Shown in pieces: positions 25,557-38,284 of a stretch of DNA of 64,000 nucleotides (the stretch's first letter is position 1; every line of letters starts with the position of its first letter). The stretch is from the human T2T-CHM13v2.0 reference genome, Homo sapiens. The stretch is from the NCBI RefSeq assembly GCF_009914755.1, contig NC_060947.1; one strand, written 5' to 3'. Under the pieces are notes generated by a model. It was not told the origin of the DNA and made no database searches. It saw nothing but the letters and a program-made list of their open reading frames with translations. Made by a program: the position numbers and the translations under genes.

Positions 25557-25896
25557 CAGGGGTCCCCAACCACTGGGTCACAGACCTGTACCAGTCTGCG
25601 GCCTGTTAGAAACTGGGCAGCACAACAGGAGGTGAGTGGCAGGCAAGCAAGCATTAGTGCCTGAGCTCTGCCACCTGTCAGATCAGCAGCTGCATTAGAT
25701 TCTTATAGGAGCACAAACCCTATTGTGAATTGGCATGCGTGGGATCTAGGTTGTGCGCTCCTTATGAGAATCTGATTCCTAACGATCAGAGGTGAAACAG
25801 TTTCATCCTGAAACCATCCCTGTACTGCTTCCCGTCTGTGGAAAAATTCTCTTCCACAAAACTGGTCCTTGGTGCCAAAATGGTTGAGGACCGCTG
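25557..25896. mobile_element. MER1B (hAT-Charlie) DNA transposon
   Basis: TIRs caggggtccccaacc / ggttgaggaccgctg; 8 bp TSD ggttaggg / agttaggg. Confidence 0.9.
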
Positions 25897-26994
25897 AGTT
25901 AGGGCATTTTAGAAAAATAAATGATATGTGCAATGGGCCAGAGTCTGAGGATAGTGGGAAGTTCATTGTGATTGAAGAATAGAGTGAGAGGTGAGAAGGG
26001 AGGTAGAATGACAGGAGATGAAGCAAGAGAGGAATATTTTGTATTTTGGGGAGGTGAACTCACATGTATACTGAAGAGGTCAGATTGTATTTTATAGGCA
26101 GCAGTTTTAAAGGACTGACATGATCAGGGCTCTTATGTGTTTTTAATTTTTAGGTGAAACTCTGCCACTGGTAGGACAGGCAGATGTAGTTCATTATGAT
26201 GAGAAAGAACAGAATCTTACTATTTACTAGTTCATAAACATGTTTTGATGTGTACCAATTCAGAGGAGCAATCCAAGCCTTTCCAACTATGACCTTGGAT
26301 GTCATTCTATCTCTCGGCACTTCAGTTTCCTCATCAATGTCCTCATCTATAAAATGGAGGATAATTACTTACAAGTTATTATGAGATTAACAGAAGAGAG
26401 CCTAGTACATAGTAGGCACTACAAGTGTTACCTGTAATTTTTTTCCTATCCTCTGAGCTATGCTCAGGGTCCCAAGCTCTATCTTGTCACAGCCACATAT
26501 GGTGCAGGCTGGGGATACCTACTTAACGGCTTCATTCTTACATATCTGTGGTGTGTTCCTATGCTAAATGACCTCCTTCTCATAATGCGTAAGCAGAAGA
26601 AGGAACCAATGAGGTGATTTCTACCTCAATAGGTATTGGAGTAGACAGAAGAGCCTGGTGTCAGGATGACTCATTAGAATAGTCTGAAAGAGAATGATAA
26701 CAGTGGGTCGTGGGAATAAAGAGGAGGTGGCTGTGATCAGGAAGATATTCTGAGATAAAAAATCAGTAAGATTGTGTGCCCAAATGCATGCGGAAATTGA
26801 GGAAAAGTGATGAATTGTAATTTACCATGTGTGTAAGCAAGATGAATAGATCTTTTGACTCTACTGGATCAACTACTTTGATTTTTAAAAATCCTAGATT
26901 TCAGTTGGCTTATTCACTTGTTCCATTGGTAGCACAAGTTAGACAAAAATAACTGGCATGATCTCCACTCAGCCCTTAAGAAGAGTAGGAAAAG

Positions 26995-27170
26995 AAAATT
27001 AGCCAGGTGTGATGGCGTGTGCCTGTTTTCTCAGCTACTCAGGAGGCTGAGGTGGGAGGATTGCTTGGGGCTAAGATGTCAAGGCTGCAGTGAGCTATGA
27101 TTGCGCCATTGAACTCCAGCCTCAGGGACACAGTGAGACCCTGTCTCTAAGAAAAATAAAAATAAATTTA
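26995..27170 (+). mobile_element. Alu right monomer (AluJ-like)
   Basis: attagccaggtgtgatggc...gaggattgcttg...A tail. Confidence 0.85.
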
Positions 27171-27286
27171 AAAACACAATAGATCTACTGCCCCATCACT
27201 GACAATTGTTGAAGGCAACAGCTACTAACAGTGAAACTATATTTATTTCTTCCAGCTTTACTAAGATATAACTGACAAACAAAATT

Positions 27287-27800
27287 GTACCCAAAGGATT
27301 ATAAATCATTCTACCATAAAAACACAGGCACATGTATGTTTATTGTGGCACTGTTCACAATAGCAAACACTTGGAACCAACCCAAATGCCCATGAATAAT
27401 AGACTGGATAAAGAAAATGTGGCATGTATACATCATAGAATACTATGCAGCCGTAAAAAAGGATGAGTTTATGTCCTTTGCAGGGACATGGATGAAGCTG
27501 GAAACCATCATTCTCAGCAAACTAACACAAGAACAGAAAACCAAACACCACATGTTCTCACTCATAAGTGGGAGTTGAACAATGAGAACACATGGACACA
27601 GGGAGGGGAACATCACACAGCGGGGCCTGTCGGGGGGTGGGGGGCTAGGGGAGGGGGAGCATTAGGAGAAATACCTAATGTAGATGACGGGTTGATGGGT
27701 GCAGCAAACCACCATGGCACGTGTATACCTATGTAACAAACCTGCACGTTCTGCACATGTATCCCAGAACTTAAAGTATATTAAAAAAATTAAAAAAAAA
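27287..27800 (+). mobile_element. 5'-truncated L1PA 3' end
   Basis: ORF2 tail and 3'UTR (gatgacgggttgatgggtgcagcaaaccaccatggcacg), polyA. Confidence 0.9.
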
Positions 27801-29089
27801 ACACAATAGATCTACTGTGCCATTACTGACAATTGTTGAAGGCAACAGCTAGTAACAGTGAAACTATATTTATATCCTTCCAGTTTTACTGAGATATAAC
27901 TGACAAATAAAATTACACATATTTATGGTTTAAGCATTTTGATACATGTATATATTTTGAAATGATCTAATGTACAGCGTGGTGACTATAGTTAATAATA
28001 CTGTACTGTATATTTGAAATTTGCTAAGAAAGTAGAACTTAAGTGTTCTCACCACAAACATACAAACATAAAGGAAACTGAATAAATGAATATACTAATT
28101 ATCTTGATTGTGGTAATCATTTCACAATGTATACATATATCATTTCACAATAAATTATATTTTTAATATAGGGCAAAGATTGAATTTTTTACTGGATAAT
28201 TGGAGCATATATTATACAATATATATTTTCGGCTGTTTCTGAAAAAAATATTCAACAGATTCTCATAGAATAGTGTCACAAGTCCAAATGTGAGGCATCA
28301 AAAAGGTTTCATGTGTGGAAATTAGTAGCAGACTCCATGCTGCAACGTCTAAAGACTGCCTAGATAGAAACATTTTAGAGGTTAAAAAGCATTAACAATT
28401 TTATCATAGATTGGTGATAATAAAGTAGGCAATCTAAGTCGTAAGATTATAAATTCCCTCCACTCCATGGTACTCAATAATGCCATTTTCATTTTTAAAT
28501 TTTTAACTAAGGGGAAGAGAGAGGGAGAGGGGCTGACTCTGTAAACATGTTTATTCTTCCTGACCTTGCCCTGTGCCAGTGTTGCTCAGCCACACTACCT
28601 CTTTCTCTTTCTTCCTCTGGCCTGGGAAGACATCAATCAAAGGTAATAAATTTAAACAGGTGATTTTTAGAGTCCCTGGTTTCAAAACATTATAAAACAA
28701 AGTATATAGGACTGAACTGAATCCTATAGGACCTCCTTTTCAGAAATAGTGGAGGGTAGTTATGTTGTAAAGGAAGAAACAATGTACAGGTAGGTTATTA
28801 TTATTAACCTATATATTATTATTAACCTTTATCTGTCATTTAAAAAATTTACTATGAAAAATTTTAAACACAATAGAAAATACATAATAGAAACAACTCC
28901 CCATATATCATGTATTTAATCATTAATATTTTGTTCTACTTATTTCATCTATTTTTAAAATCTGAGATATCTTTTAAAAATTAAAATTTTCTCATTCAAC
29001 ACTATTAATATGAATTCCTTATATCAACTATCATCCAGTAAATGTTCAATTCCCTCTGATTGTCTCAAAACGGTCTGGATTTTGCTTTA

Positions 29090-29432
<343 letters not shown>

Positions 29433-30555
29433 TCATTTGTTCAAAACAAGGTCAGCATGTTGCAGTTGATATCTCTAAAATCTCCTTTAGTCTGTAATAA
29501 TGCTTCCTCCATTTTTTTTCCTGTGCCAGTTAATTGTTGATAAAATTGGGTCATTTGTCCTGTAGAATTTTACACGTTGTATCTTCATGATGTCACTTAG
29601 CATGCTTTCCTGTCCCCCTCATGCCTGTAAGCTGGTAGTTAAAGCTAAAGGCTTGATTAGATTTAGGTTCATTTTATTTTTTTATTTTGGCAAGAATTCT
29701 TCCTAGGCAATGCTGTATACTTTCTATTTCAACACACAAGGAAACTTATAATGTCTGCCTTTCTACTTATAATAATTTTAAGATTGATCAGTAGGTTCGA
29801 GTGATGCCTTTCAACTACAGGTTTTAGCAGTCATTGATAATCATTGCCTAGGTATATTATTATACTATATTGAGTTTACAAAACAGTGATTTTTCTAATT
29901 CTATCATTCCTCATGCATTTATTAATTGTGATTCTTCTACAAGAACTTTCCTTTAACAACTATTTGGATATCCTGAAATACAGTCTTTACAGGACATATA
30001 TGATAATTGCTTCCTTCTCTTTATTTATTAGTTTCTAGAACAAAGAGTGCCTTAGCAATCTTCATGGCTGGTCAATGAGGTTCGTTTGCTTTTTGGAGTA
30101 TCATTATTCACTCTTGATGTTCAAATGGCCTTATCTGTGACCAATGGGAGTTCCTTCACATTGGTTCTTATGTTCTTTTGACATAACACCAGTAGCCTTT
30201 GCCAATTTTCTAGCTAGAAAATATATTAGAATGAAGTAACTGCATCTTGAGTGTATATTGATTTTTTTTTGGGGGGGGGTATAATTGAAATCCAAACACT
30301 GCACATATTTAATCTGTACAATTTGATGAGTTTGAGCATACGCATACACTGATCTGATTCAAACTAAAGAGCACAGGGTTTTTACTTATCTTTGTTTGTA
30401 TATTATTTTCTTGTTCTAAATGTTAATAATCCCATCAACATTATCTATCACAATAAATATTAGCACTATCATCAAGTCCACTCAATAAAGTTTAAGATTT
30501 CTTTGTGTTCTCTACCCATCTCCATATCTTACAATATATACTTAAATACTATGCT

Positions 30556-30928
30556 TGTATTAGTCCACTTTTGCATTGCTATAAAGAAATGCCTGAGACT
30601 GGGCAATTTATAAAGAAAACGGGTTTTATTGTTTCACAGTTCTGCAGGCTGTACAGGAAGCATGATGCTGGAATCTACTTGGCTTCTGGGAAGGCCTCAT
30701 GAAACTTACAATCATGGTGAAAGCAGAAGCAAAAGAGAACTTTTAAATGACCAGGTCTCGTGAGAATTCACTCTCTATCATGAGGTGAGTGCCAAGAGGA
30801 CTGTACTAAACTATTCATGAGAAATATGCCCTTATGATCCAATCACTTCCCACCAGGCCCCATCTCCAACATTAGGAATTACAATTCAACATGAGATTCG
30901 GGTGGGGACATAGATCCAAACTATACCA
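30556..30928 (-). mobile_element. MST (MaLR) solo LTR
   Basis: tgtattagtcc...gatccaaactatacca; TSD atgct on both sides. Confidence 0.88.
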
Positions 30929-31959
30929 ATGCTTTAAAGTCACCTAATTCTACATACAGTTATGCCAACAACTCAATACATGGTTATTAATGGCTTCACA
31001 TTTTACGGATTGCTTTTGGTTTCAAAGCCAAAACTATAAAACAAGGTACAAAGAGGTCTAGCTTCCATTCCTCCACCCTGCCTCCTCCCTTTCACAATAG
31101 ATGACTATTTAAATATGTGTTTTGGAATGCCCCTACCTTTCTCACACAAAATGAAGATATACATGCACATTTGTGTATATTCTTCTGTCACTTAAAAGTG
31201 TATTCTGGTGATCACATAAGCAGTAGTTTCCTAATTCCATCTTACAACTGCATAGTACTCCATTGTAAGAGATGAATCATAGTTTATGTAACTAGTCACC
31301 CGTTGATTATTACCTTTCATATCTGAACTGCACTTTATAAAACATCAATGTAACCCAAAGTCTGAAGTCACTATTTTTGGAGGTCCCACATGCCACCTAA
31401 GAACTTGGCGTTGGATTACTAAACAGATTCAAATTTTAAATACAACAATACGTGAATACTTGCTAGTTATAAAAAACTGGAAAACTAAAACAATTATGTA
31501 GAATTAGAAGTCTTTTCATTCTCCTCCTACGAATACTAATCTCTTCCCAACATAACCAGTTACCATTTTAGTATGTAACTTCCCAAAAATTTTCTATGAT
31601 AGGCATATATATGTAATAAACACAGGGTTTTGATTTTTACACATATATACTTACCATTCTGTGACTTGGTTTTTAAACATGTTGGAGATATATTTCATAC
31701 AGATGCACCTCACTTTTCGCAGCTGCATAGTATTCTATACTATTAAATGCCTATATTAACAATTCAAGCCAGTCTCCATTTAATGAACATATAGGTTATT
31801 TCAAAAATTAAATAAAACCATAAAGCTATAGTGTGGAACCTTGTATTTTGTGCACATGTACAAAACATTCTATAAGCTGGGTTTTTAGAAATGAAAGTGT
31901 TTGGCCAAAGGCTATCTGTATTTAAAGTTTTGATAGGTTTTGATTTGCATTTCTGATGC

Positions 31960-32600
31960 CAAATAAATCATTCTACCAAAAAGACACATGCACTCATATA
32001 TTCATCAATGTGCTATTCACAATAGCAAAGACCTGGAATTAATCCAGGTGCCCATCAATGGCAGACTGGATAAAGAAAATGTGGTACTTACACACCTTGA
32101 AATGCTATGCAGCCATTAAAAAAAAAAAAAAAAAAAAAAAAAGAAGACGAGATCATGGCCTTTGCAGCAATGTGGATGGAGATGGAGGCCATAATCCTAA
32201 ACAAATACAGGAACAGAAAACCCAAATACAGCATGTTCTCACTTGTAAGTGGGAGCTAAACACTGAGCACATGTAGACATAAACATGGTAATAACACAAT
32301 GCAGCCTACTAGAGGAGGGAGGGAGGGAGGGAGGGAGGGGGACACACATTGTAAAACTACTTACTGGGGTGCAGCACACCAACATGGCACATATATACAT
32401 ACGTAACTAACCTGCACGTTGTGCACACGTACCCTAAAACTTAAAGTATAATAATAATAAAAAAAAAACTACTTACTGGGTACTATGTTATCTGGGTGAT
32501 GGGATTCATATCCCAAACCTCAGCATCATGCAATATTCCCATGTAATACTCCTTCATATGTACTGCCTGAAGCTAAAAGTGGCACTGAAAAAATTTGTAA
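31960..32600 (+). mobile_element. Older L1PA/L1PB 3' end with a nested L1PA stub
   Basis: ORF2 tail and 3'UTR motifs; insert at 32369-32464. Confidence 0.82.
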
Positions 32601-34315
32601 ATATTAAAAATAATGCCATTTTAATAATCTGCAAAAAAAAGTTTTGACAGGTTCTGCCAAATTGTCCTTTGAATATGCTGTAACCTACTTATGTACTTTC
32701 TTACTCACAATGTATGAGTGTCTTTTCCCCTACATCCTTACCACCCTGGCTATTATCAGTATTTGGGATTCTGCCAACTTGATAAACAAAACATATCTCC
32801 TGGGTTTGTCTGCATTTCCTTGATTGTTATGAGACTGGATTTTATTATATAGCTTTAAGATGTTAATTTCCAGAACTTTCAGGATGGTATTGACATATTA
32901 AAATGTGATTTCAACACAACCTTGGGCAAACTTATTTTACTTTTAAAAATAAGAGAAAAAATGCTATGTTAATAGTACACATAGAGCAGTAGTTTCTAAC
33001 ATATTTTAGAAATGGAAATGGAAAAATTAAGTGCTAGTATTTCACCTTTTCAAGTTCTGGAGAAAATGCTCGGCTAAGTTGGTACACTCATTCTATTTTT
33101 TTCCCCACACATAAAAATCCTGAATAGGACAATTCACTGAGGCTTCTAGATCAGTTACAGTGTCCACCTCTAAAGAATGTTTCTTTTAGGAGTCAACTGT
33201 CTCATTGACAGGAGGAAGATTTACACATGCAAGTCCTATTAATAGGAGTTACAAGCACAAATCCCCCTTCAACGATAGACCAAAAAGACCCTACAGTCTA
33301 CCAGGATCCAGGTTCTAATGATTACCTGTCATATTGTCCTAGGAGTCATCATCACCAGAAAGAGCAGACATGGCAACTTATACCACAAGGGTATCTCATT
33401 GCAGCCCCAAAGCTAAATTGTGCATCAATGGAAAGAAAAGTAGCCTTCAAAATGTGACTTGGGATACTAAGTGTTAAACCACTTAACCAGTATTTTTAAA
33501 CAGCCATCATTAAAGAAAATTCAAACATTTGGAACCATTTTTTTTAAAGTGTGAATATTGTATGAGTTTCAAGGTGCTTGAAGGATAATACAGCTATTTA
33601 TTTAAAAATTCAATTAATCTTATCTTTCTTAAAATTGATTAATTAATAATCTCACAGATAAGCTGCCAGTTTTGAGAGTCCTGTTATCTTTTTAATGTCT
33701 CCTTACTGAGGAACTTTAGAAACTACTTGAAATTGACAAAAAGTGTGAGTCTGCTTTAATTATTTGACTCAATAGCAAATCATAGTTTAGTGTATAATTT
33801 CTGCATAAAAAGAACATCAGCAGTCTCTTGTCTCTTGCAAATGAGTTGCTGGGGACTCAAACCCCTTAAAGAAAAACATTTCAGGTTCTCATTTACAAAG
33901 CAGATATGAAAAACCTTTCAGATTCTCATCATGTAAGTGAGATGTGAAAACAGTCTGTAGGCAATCAATGTACTGTAAATTCACAGCCCATGCCGCACAG
34001 CCTCTACAGCACTGATTCCAAACAGAGAAAGGTATCATCCACCTTTGTTTGATATTGGCACTAATGTTGGCATCTAGAACAGTTTGCAAAGTAGCTCATG
34101 CCCCTATATTATTTCATTGCCTTTCTCACAAACTTAGCACAGTTGGCAGATGCCTAAAAACAAAACCAAATATACAGCTTGACAATTAAGTATTTACATA
34201 CTAGACTAATATTAAAACATAAATCAGGTTAAAGGCAATCTTCAAATTCTTGGCATATATAAAAGATGCAAGTATTACAAAATATGACACCATGACTGAA
34301 AAGGATTTAAAAGTC

Positions 34316-34321
34316 TTTATT
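34316..34321 (-). terminator. Polyadenylation signal AATAAA of CHM
   Basis: tttatt on the + strand, followed on the minus strand by GU/U-rich sequence (tggtgtcatattttgt). Confidence 0.75.
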
Positions 34322-36211
34322 TCCTCTGAAAACTTACTGGTAAAGTATACAATTTATGAATAATCATATATTCATGCTTTTTGAAATATATCTGAATAAA
34401 AGACAAATTATTCAATATCAATAGCAGTAAATAACTTATTTGCAAGAAAATTATTACAATTCCTACTGTAAAGAATCACCAACCACTATTTAGCAATTAA
34501 ATTTCAACACATTTTTTTTGGAACTCTTTAGGACTTTAGACAAAGGCTACCAAGGCTGACAATCCAGGTAACTATGGCAGTGACAGAAGTCAATCATTAA
34601 TACTGCCATTATTTTAGACAAAGGGCTGACAATCTCAGAAACTAGTTCTAGAAATTATCATCAATGTGGCCATTTTACTATGGACAAATAAATATGGGAG
34701 ATAGGGAACTTGTTACTCCATTTTCCTATAGAAAAATATATAAATTGACCTTTTATATATACACAGGTATGTATACACATACAGTATATGTTTTTCTGAG
34801 CAGGCACACCAACTAGGAAAAAATACAATAGCAACATAGGATTAGGTATTGCTTCTCATACTGATCACTAAACTAAATGGTATTATCATTTTCGGTTAAT
34901 AAGAAGCATGCATAACTAAACAGTTTAAATACTTGAATCAAAATTCTTTAATAGCATTTTCTGAAATTTTAAATTAGCTACTGAAAATTTTCCACTATGT
35001 ACAATATATTTTATTAATATGATTTCAAGCTTAAGGTTTTATAACAAGACTTTTCTTTTTGATTTAAAACTATAAGAACAAATATTTATTTGCAGTAATT
35101 AGGATAGCTAAAATCAAAGCTCTAAGAATAATTTCTGTTACATTTTGAGGCAACAGGAAATATATAAAGTTCTTAAAGTCTTTTATCAGTTGTATGATAT
35201 TTTAATCATCATGAATCATGTTCAGGAACTTTTAAACATTTCAATCATATTTAATAAATGACCTGAAAGAGAGATTCTGATGCTAATGGATGAAACAGGG
35301 TACAATAATGGACCACAAACTATCTCCTCCATTGTTCTACATATAGGTGGCTGCAGTAAGGCCAATAGAATTTTTGTGGTTATTCTAGGCCTACCCTGAT
35401 TGTCTGTTTACATGAATGTGCATGCTGCATTCAAGCGGCTTTAACTCTAAGACCGTAACAGTACAATATCTTTATTGGCACAATTTACTGCAATTGTATT
35501 CAGACTCAATCGTCTCATCTACTGGAACCTTTTATAATATATTGCTGATATCCAGGGGCAAGGCCAATATCCGGTACATTAATAAGTATGTATTAGACAT
35601 TGAGTGCATATGCCCCAGCTGGGTTTCAGGAAACATGATTTGATATAAGAAAAATCGAATCCCTATGACAAAGTAGGTTATAATGTGATCCTACTGTCCC
35701 TGATTTGTGTGACATTATAAAAGGGGAAGTGAGGGAAAGGGGACTAAAGAGATGGGGAGGGGCTGTACACTGGGAGGTAGGGATAGGAGCAGCCTGAGAG
35801 GCTAGTAAGTTAAGTTCTTCCATTACTCTGGCTTGAACTATATCTGCAGTGGGTAGAAAGGTGAGGCAAGAGCTATATTCCTTGGTTCTTTCCATTTCCC
35901 ATGAATCTGTGACCTGCCACAGCTGGCTTCCTTTAAGAACATCTCTGAAACCTGGTGAGGTCAGGGACCAGCTGCAGTTGAAGTATGTAAGAACTATGTA
36001 CTTTACATTGGAGCCATGGCTTCCTGACAGACAATATAGGCCAGATGTTGTGAGAAAAAAAAACAAATAGTTCATTTGTTTGTTTATTTATAGGCAATTA
36101 TAAGTCTCAACTATTGCTCAAATAAAGTAGACCATCAGAGCTTGGCCATTTGAGAAAATTTAAATATAGGCAACATCACTGCAGCTTAGTTTGCTGCCTA
36201 TGTACAGCCCC

Positions 36212-36488
36212 CTTTTTTTTTTTTTGTGAGACAGAGTCTTGCTCTGTCACCCAGGCTGGAGTGCAGTGGCAAAATCTTGGCTCACTGCAACCTCCGCCTC
36301 CCTGGTTCAAGTGAGTCTGCTACCTCATCTTCAAAGTAGCTGGGATTACAGGTGCCCACCATAACACCCAGCTAAAATTTTGTATTTTTAGTAGAGACAG
36401 GGTTTCGCCATGTTGGCCAGGCTGGTCTCGAACTCCTGACCTCAAGTGATCTACCCACCTCAGCTTCCCAAAGTGCTGGGATTACAGG
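36212..36488 (-). mobile_element. AluS in CHM 3'UTR (sense to the mRNA)
   Basis: Poly-T then gagacagagtcttgctctgtcacccaggctgg...gggattacagg; TSD-like cagccc. Confidence 0.92.
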
Positions 36489-37746
36489 CAGCCCTAACGT
36501 TTTTATGTAGTGTATATTAGGGCTTACCAACTGTCATACACAATTTGGAGTCCTTGGTGGTTGCAGGTTTACCTACCAGAAAAGGAATAAAACAATTTAT
36601 AGAGTGTTTTCCTTAGTAATATTTCAAAACCACAATTCTACTTGTTACTATTTTTACTGGTCTGTAAGACTATAAAATACTACTTTAAAAAAGAAATTTT
36701 CATTTAAAAAGCTTAATGCAATAAAAACACTGTGATCTATTTTGTTTGGAAGTTGACTGACAGCAAGCAATTATTTCCTGCGTGAGACTTTTGAGATTCA
36801 TCAAGTCAATGGGAAAATTCTAAAACAATTTTCTTCTGGCAAACCGATTCTAAACATGGCATTGCATTGTCTTCATAACCATTCTCATATAGTAGGCATA
36901 GTAATACTATTTCCACTTTATATATGGAGAAACGTAGGCTCAGAAGTTAAACAATTTACCAAATATCATCAGTAGGACAGCCAGGATTAAATTAGGTCTG
37001 TAGACAATTAGCCTAATACTCTAGTTACTTGACAGACAGAATATTCAAATACCAATGAGCCTATCCACACCTTTCCTTCCATTCTTTCATTTCTTCATTA
37101 TTGACCTTTCCCAATATGTAAATAATTTACAAACAAATATCACTACTGATACTAAAAAACACTACTGACTTATTCGTAAAAATGTCTAAACACCTTTATA
37201 TTAGCATTTTCAATGCTTCTCAACATAGAAAGCAAAACAAACCTGTATTCCAAATACAGGCTTCTATCTAGATCATGATACTTTAGTTTTTCTATATGTT
37301 TTTATCATTATGTTATGATGCTCTTGTCCATAAAGAAAATAAAATTCAAATAACCAAAGAAAATACATGAGCTGGTTCTGAAAATGTGGCTTTCAAACAA
37401 AGATCCAAAGTGGTAAGCAAAATTGTCCTAAGACCATGGAATTATTAACAATGCATAGGATCACTTTCATATCCACAGTTACATTCCTGAGAATCAATTG
37501 ATTTATAATTTTCATCTGCTAGTCACACAAGTTTGGTATTTAAAATGAGCAAGTCAATGTGCTTTATAAGTGTTGTGTGTTCTTGGAATGTCCTCTATAA
37601 GGAAAATCCCCTTTTGGATTTCTATTACCTATTTTGCCTTATAATTGCTGCTGCTTTCTAACATTTCTCAAACAGTCCTTCTATCAAGTAGACTCTGAGA
37701 CCAGTCAGAATTTCCAAAGTTGGGTATCCAGTTTGGTGTATATCCA

Positions 37747-37980
<234 letters not shown>

Positions 37981-38284
37981 TTAAAATGTGTGTGCATTTC
38001 TGGCATTAACTAAAAAAAAATAAGTGTTTTATCCTTAAAAATTTGCTTAAACAGGCTACAGTACTTAATCAGAATACATGAACTTCCGTAAGTCTGTTTT
38101 CAGAATTCTATGACTTCTCCCTTTAATTCTATACATGTATTGAGGTCCACTCTTCAAGGATGGCAGTACCTCATCAGGTTCATTATCAAGTGTTCAGATT
38201 GTTGAGAACTGAAATACATTCATTCTATATATCAATAGAAATACAATTTCCTTAATATTGTTTATATGATTTCTTATAGAGCCT

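Larger units (their letters stand above)
34297..37746 (-). other. CHM: CHM 3'UTR (~3.45 kb)
   Basis: Follows the stop codon and ends ~20 nt past the AATAAA at 34321-34316. Length is consistent with the recalled ~5.4 kb mRNA. The cleavage site is approximate. Confidence 0.8.

Noticed and set aside
35626-36075. 149 aa minus-strand ORF in the CHM 3'UTR
   Set aside because: No recognisable domain or coding-like composition; it lies 1.7 kb after the stop codon and is most likely a chance ORF.
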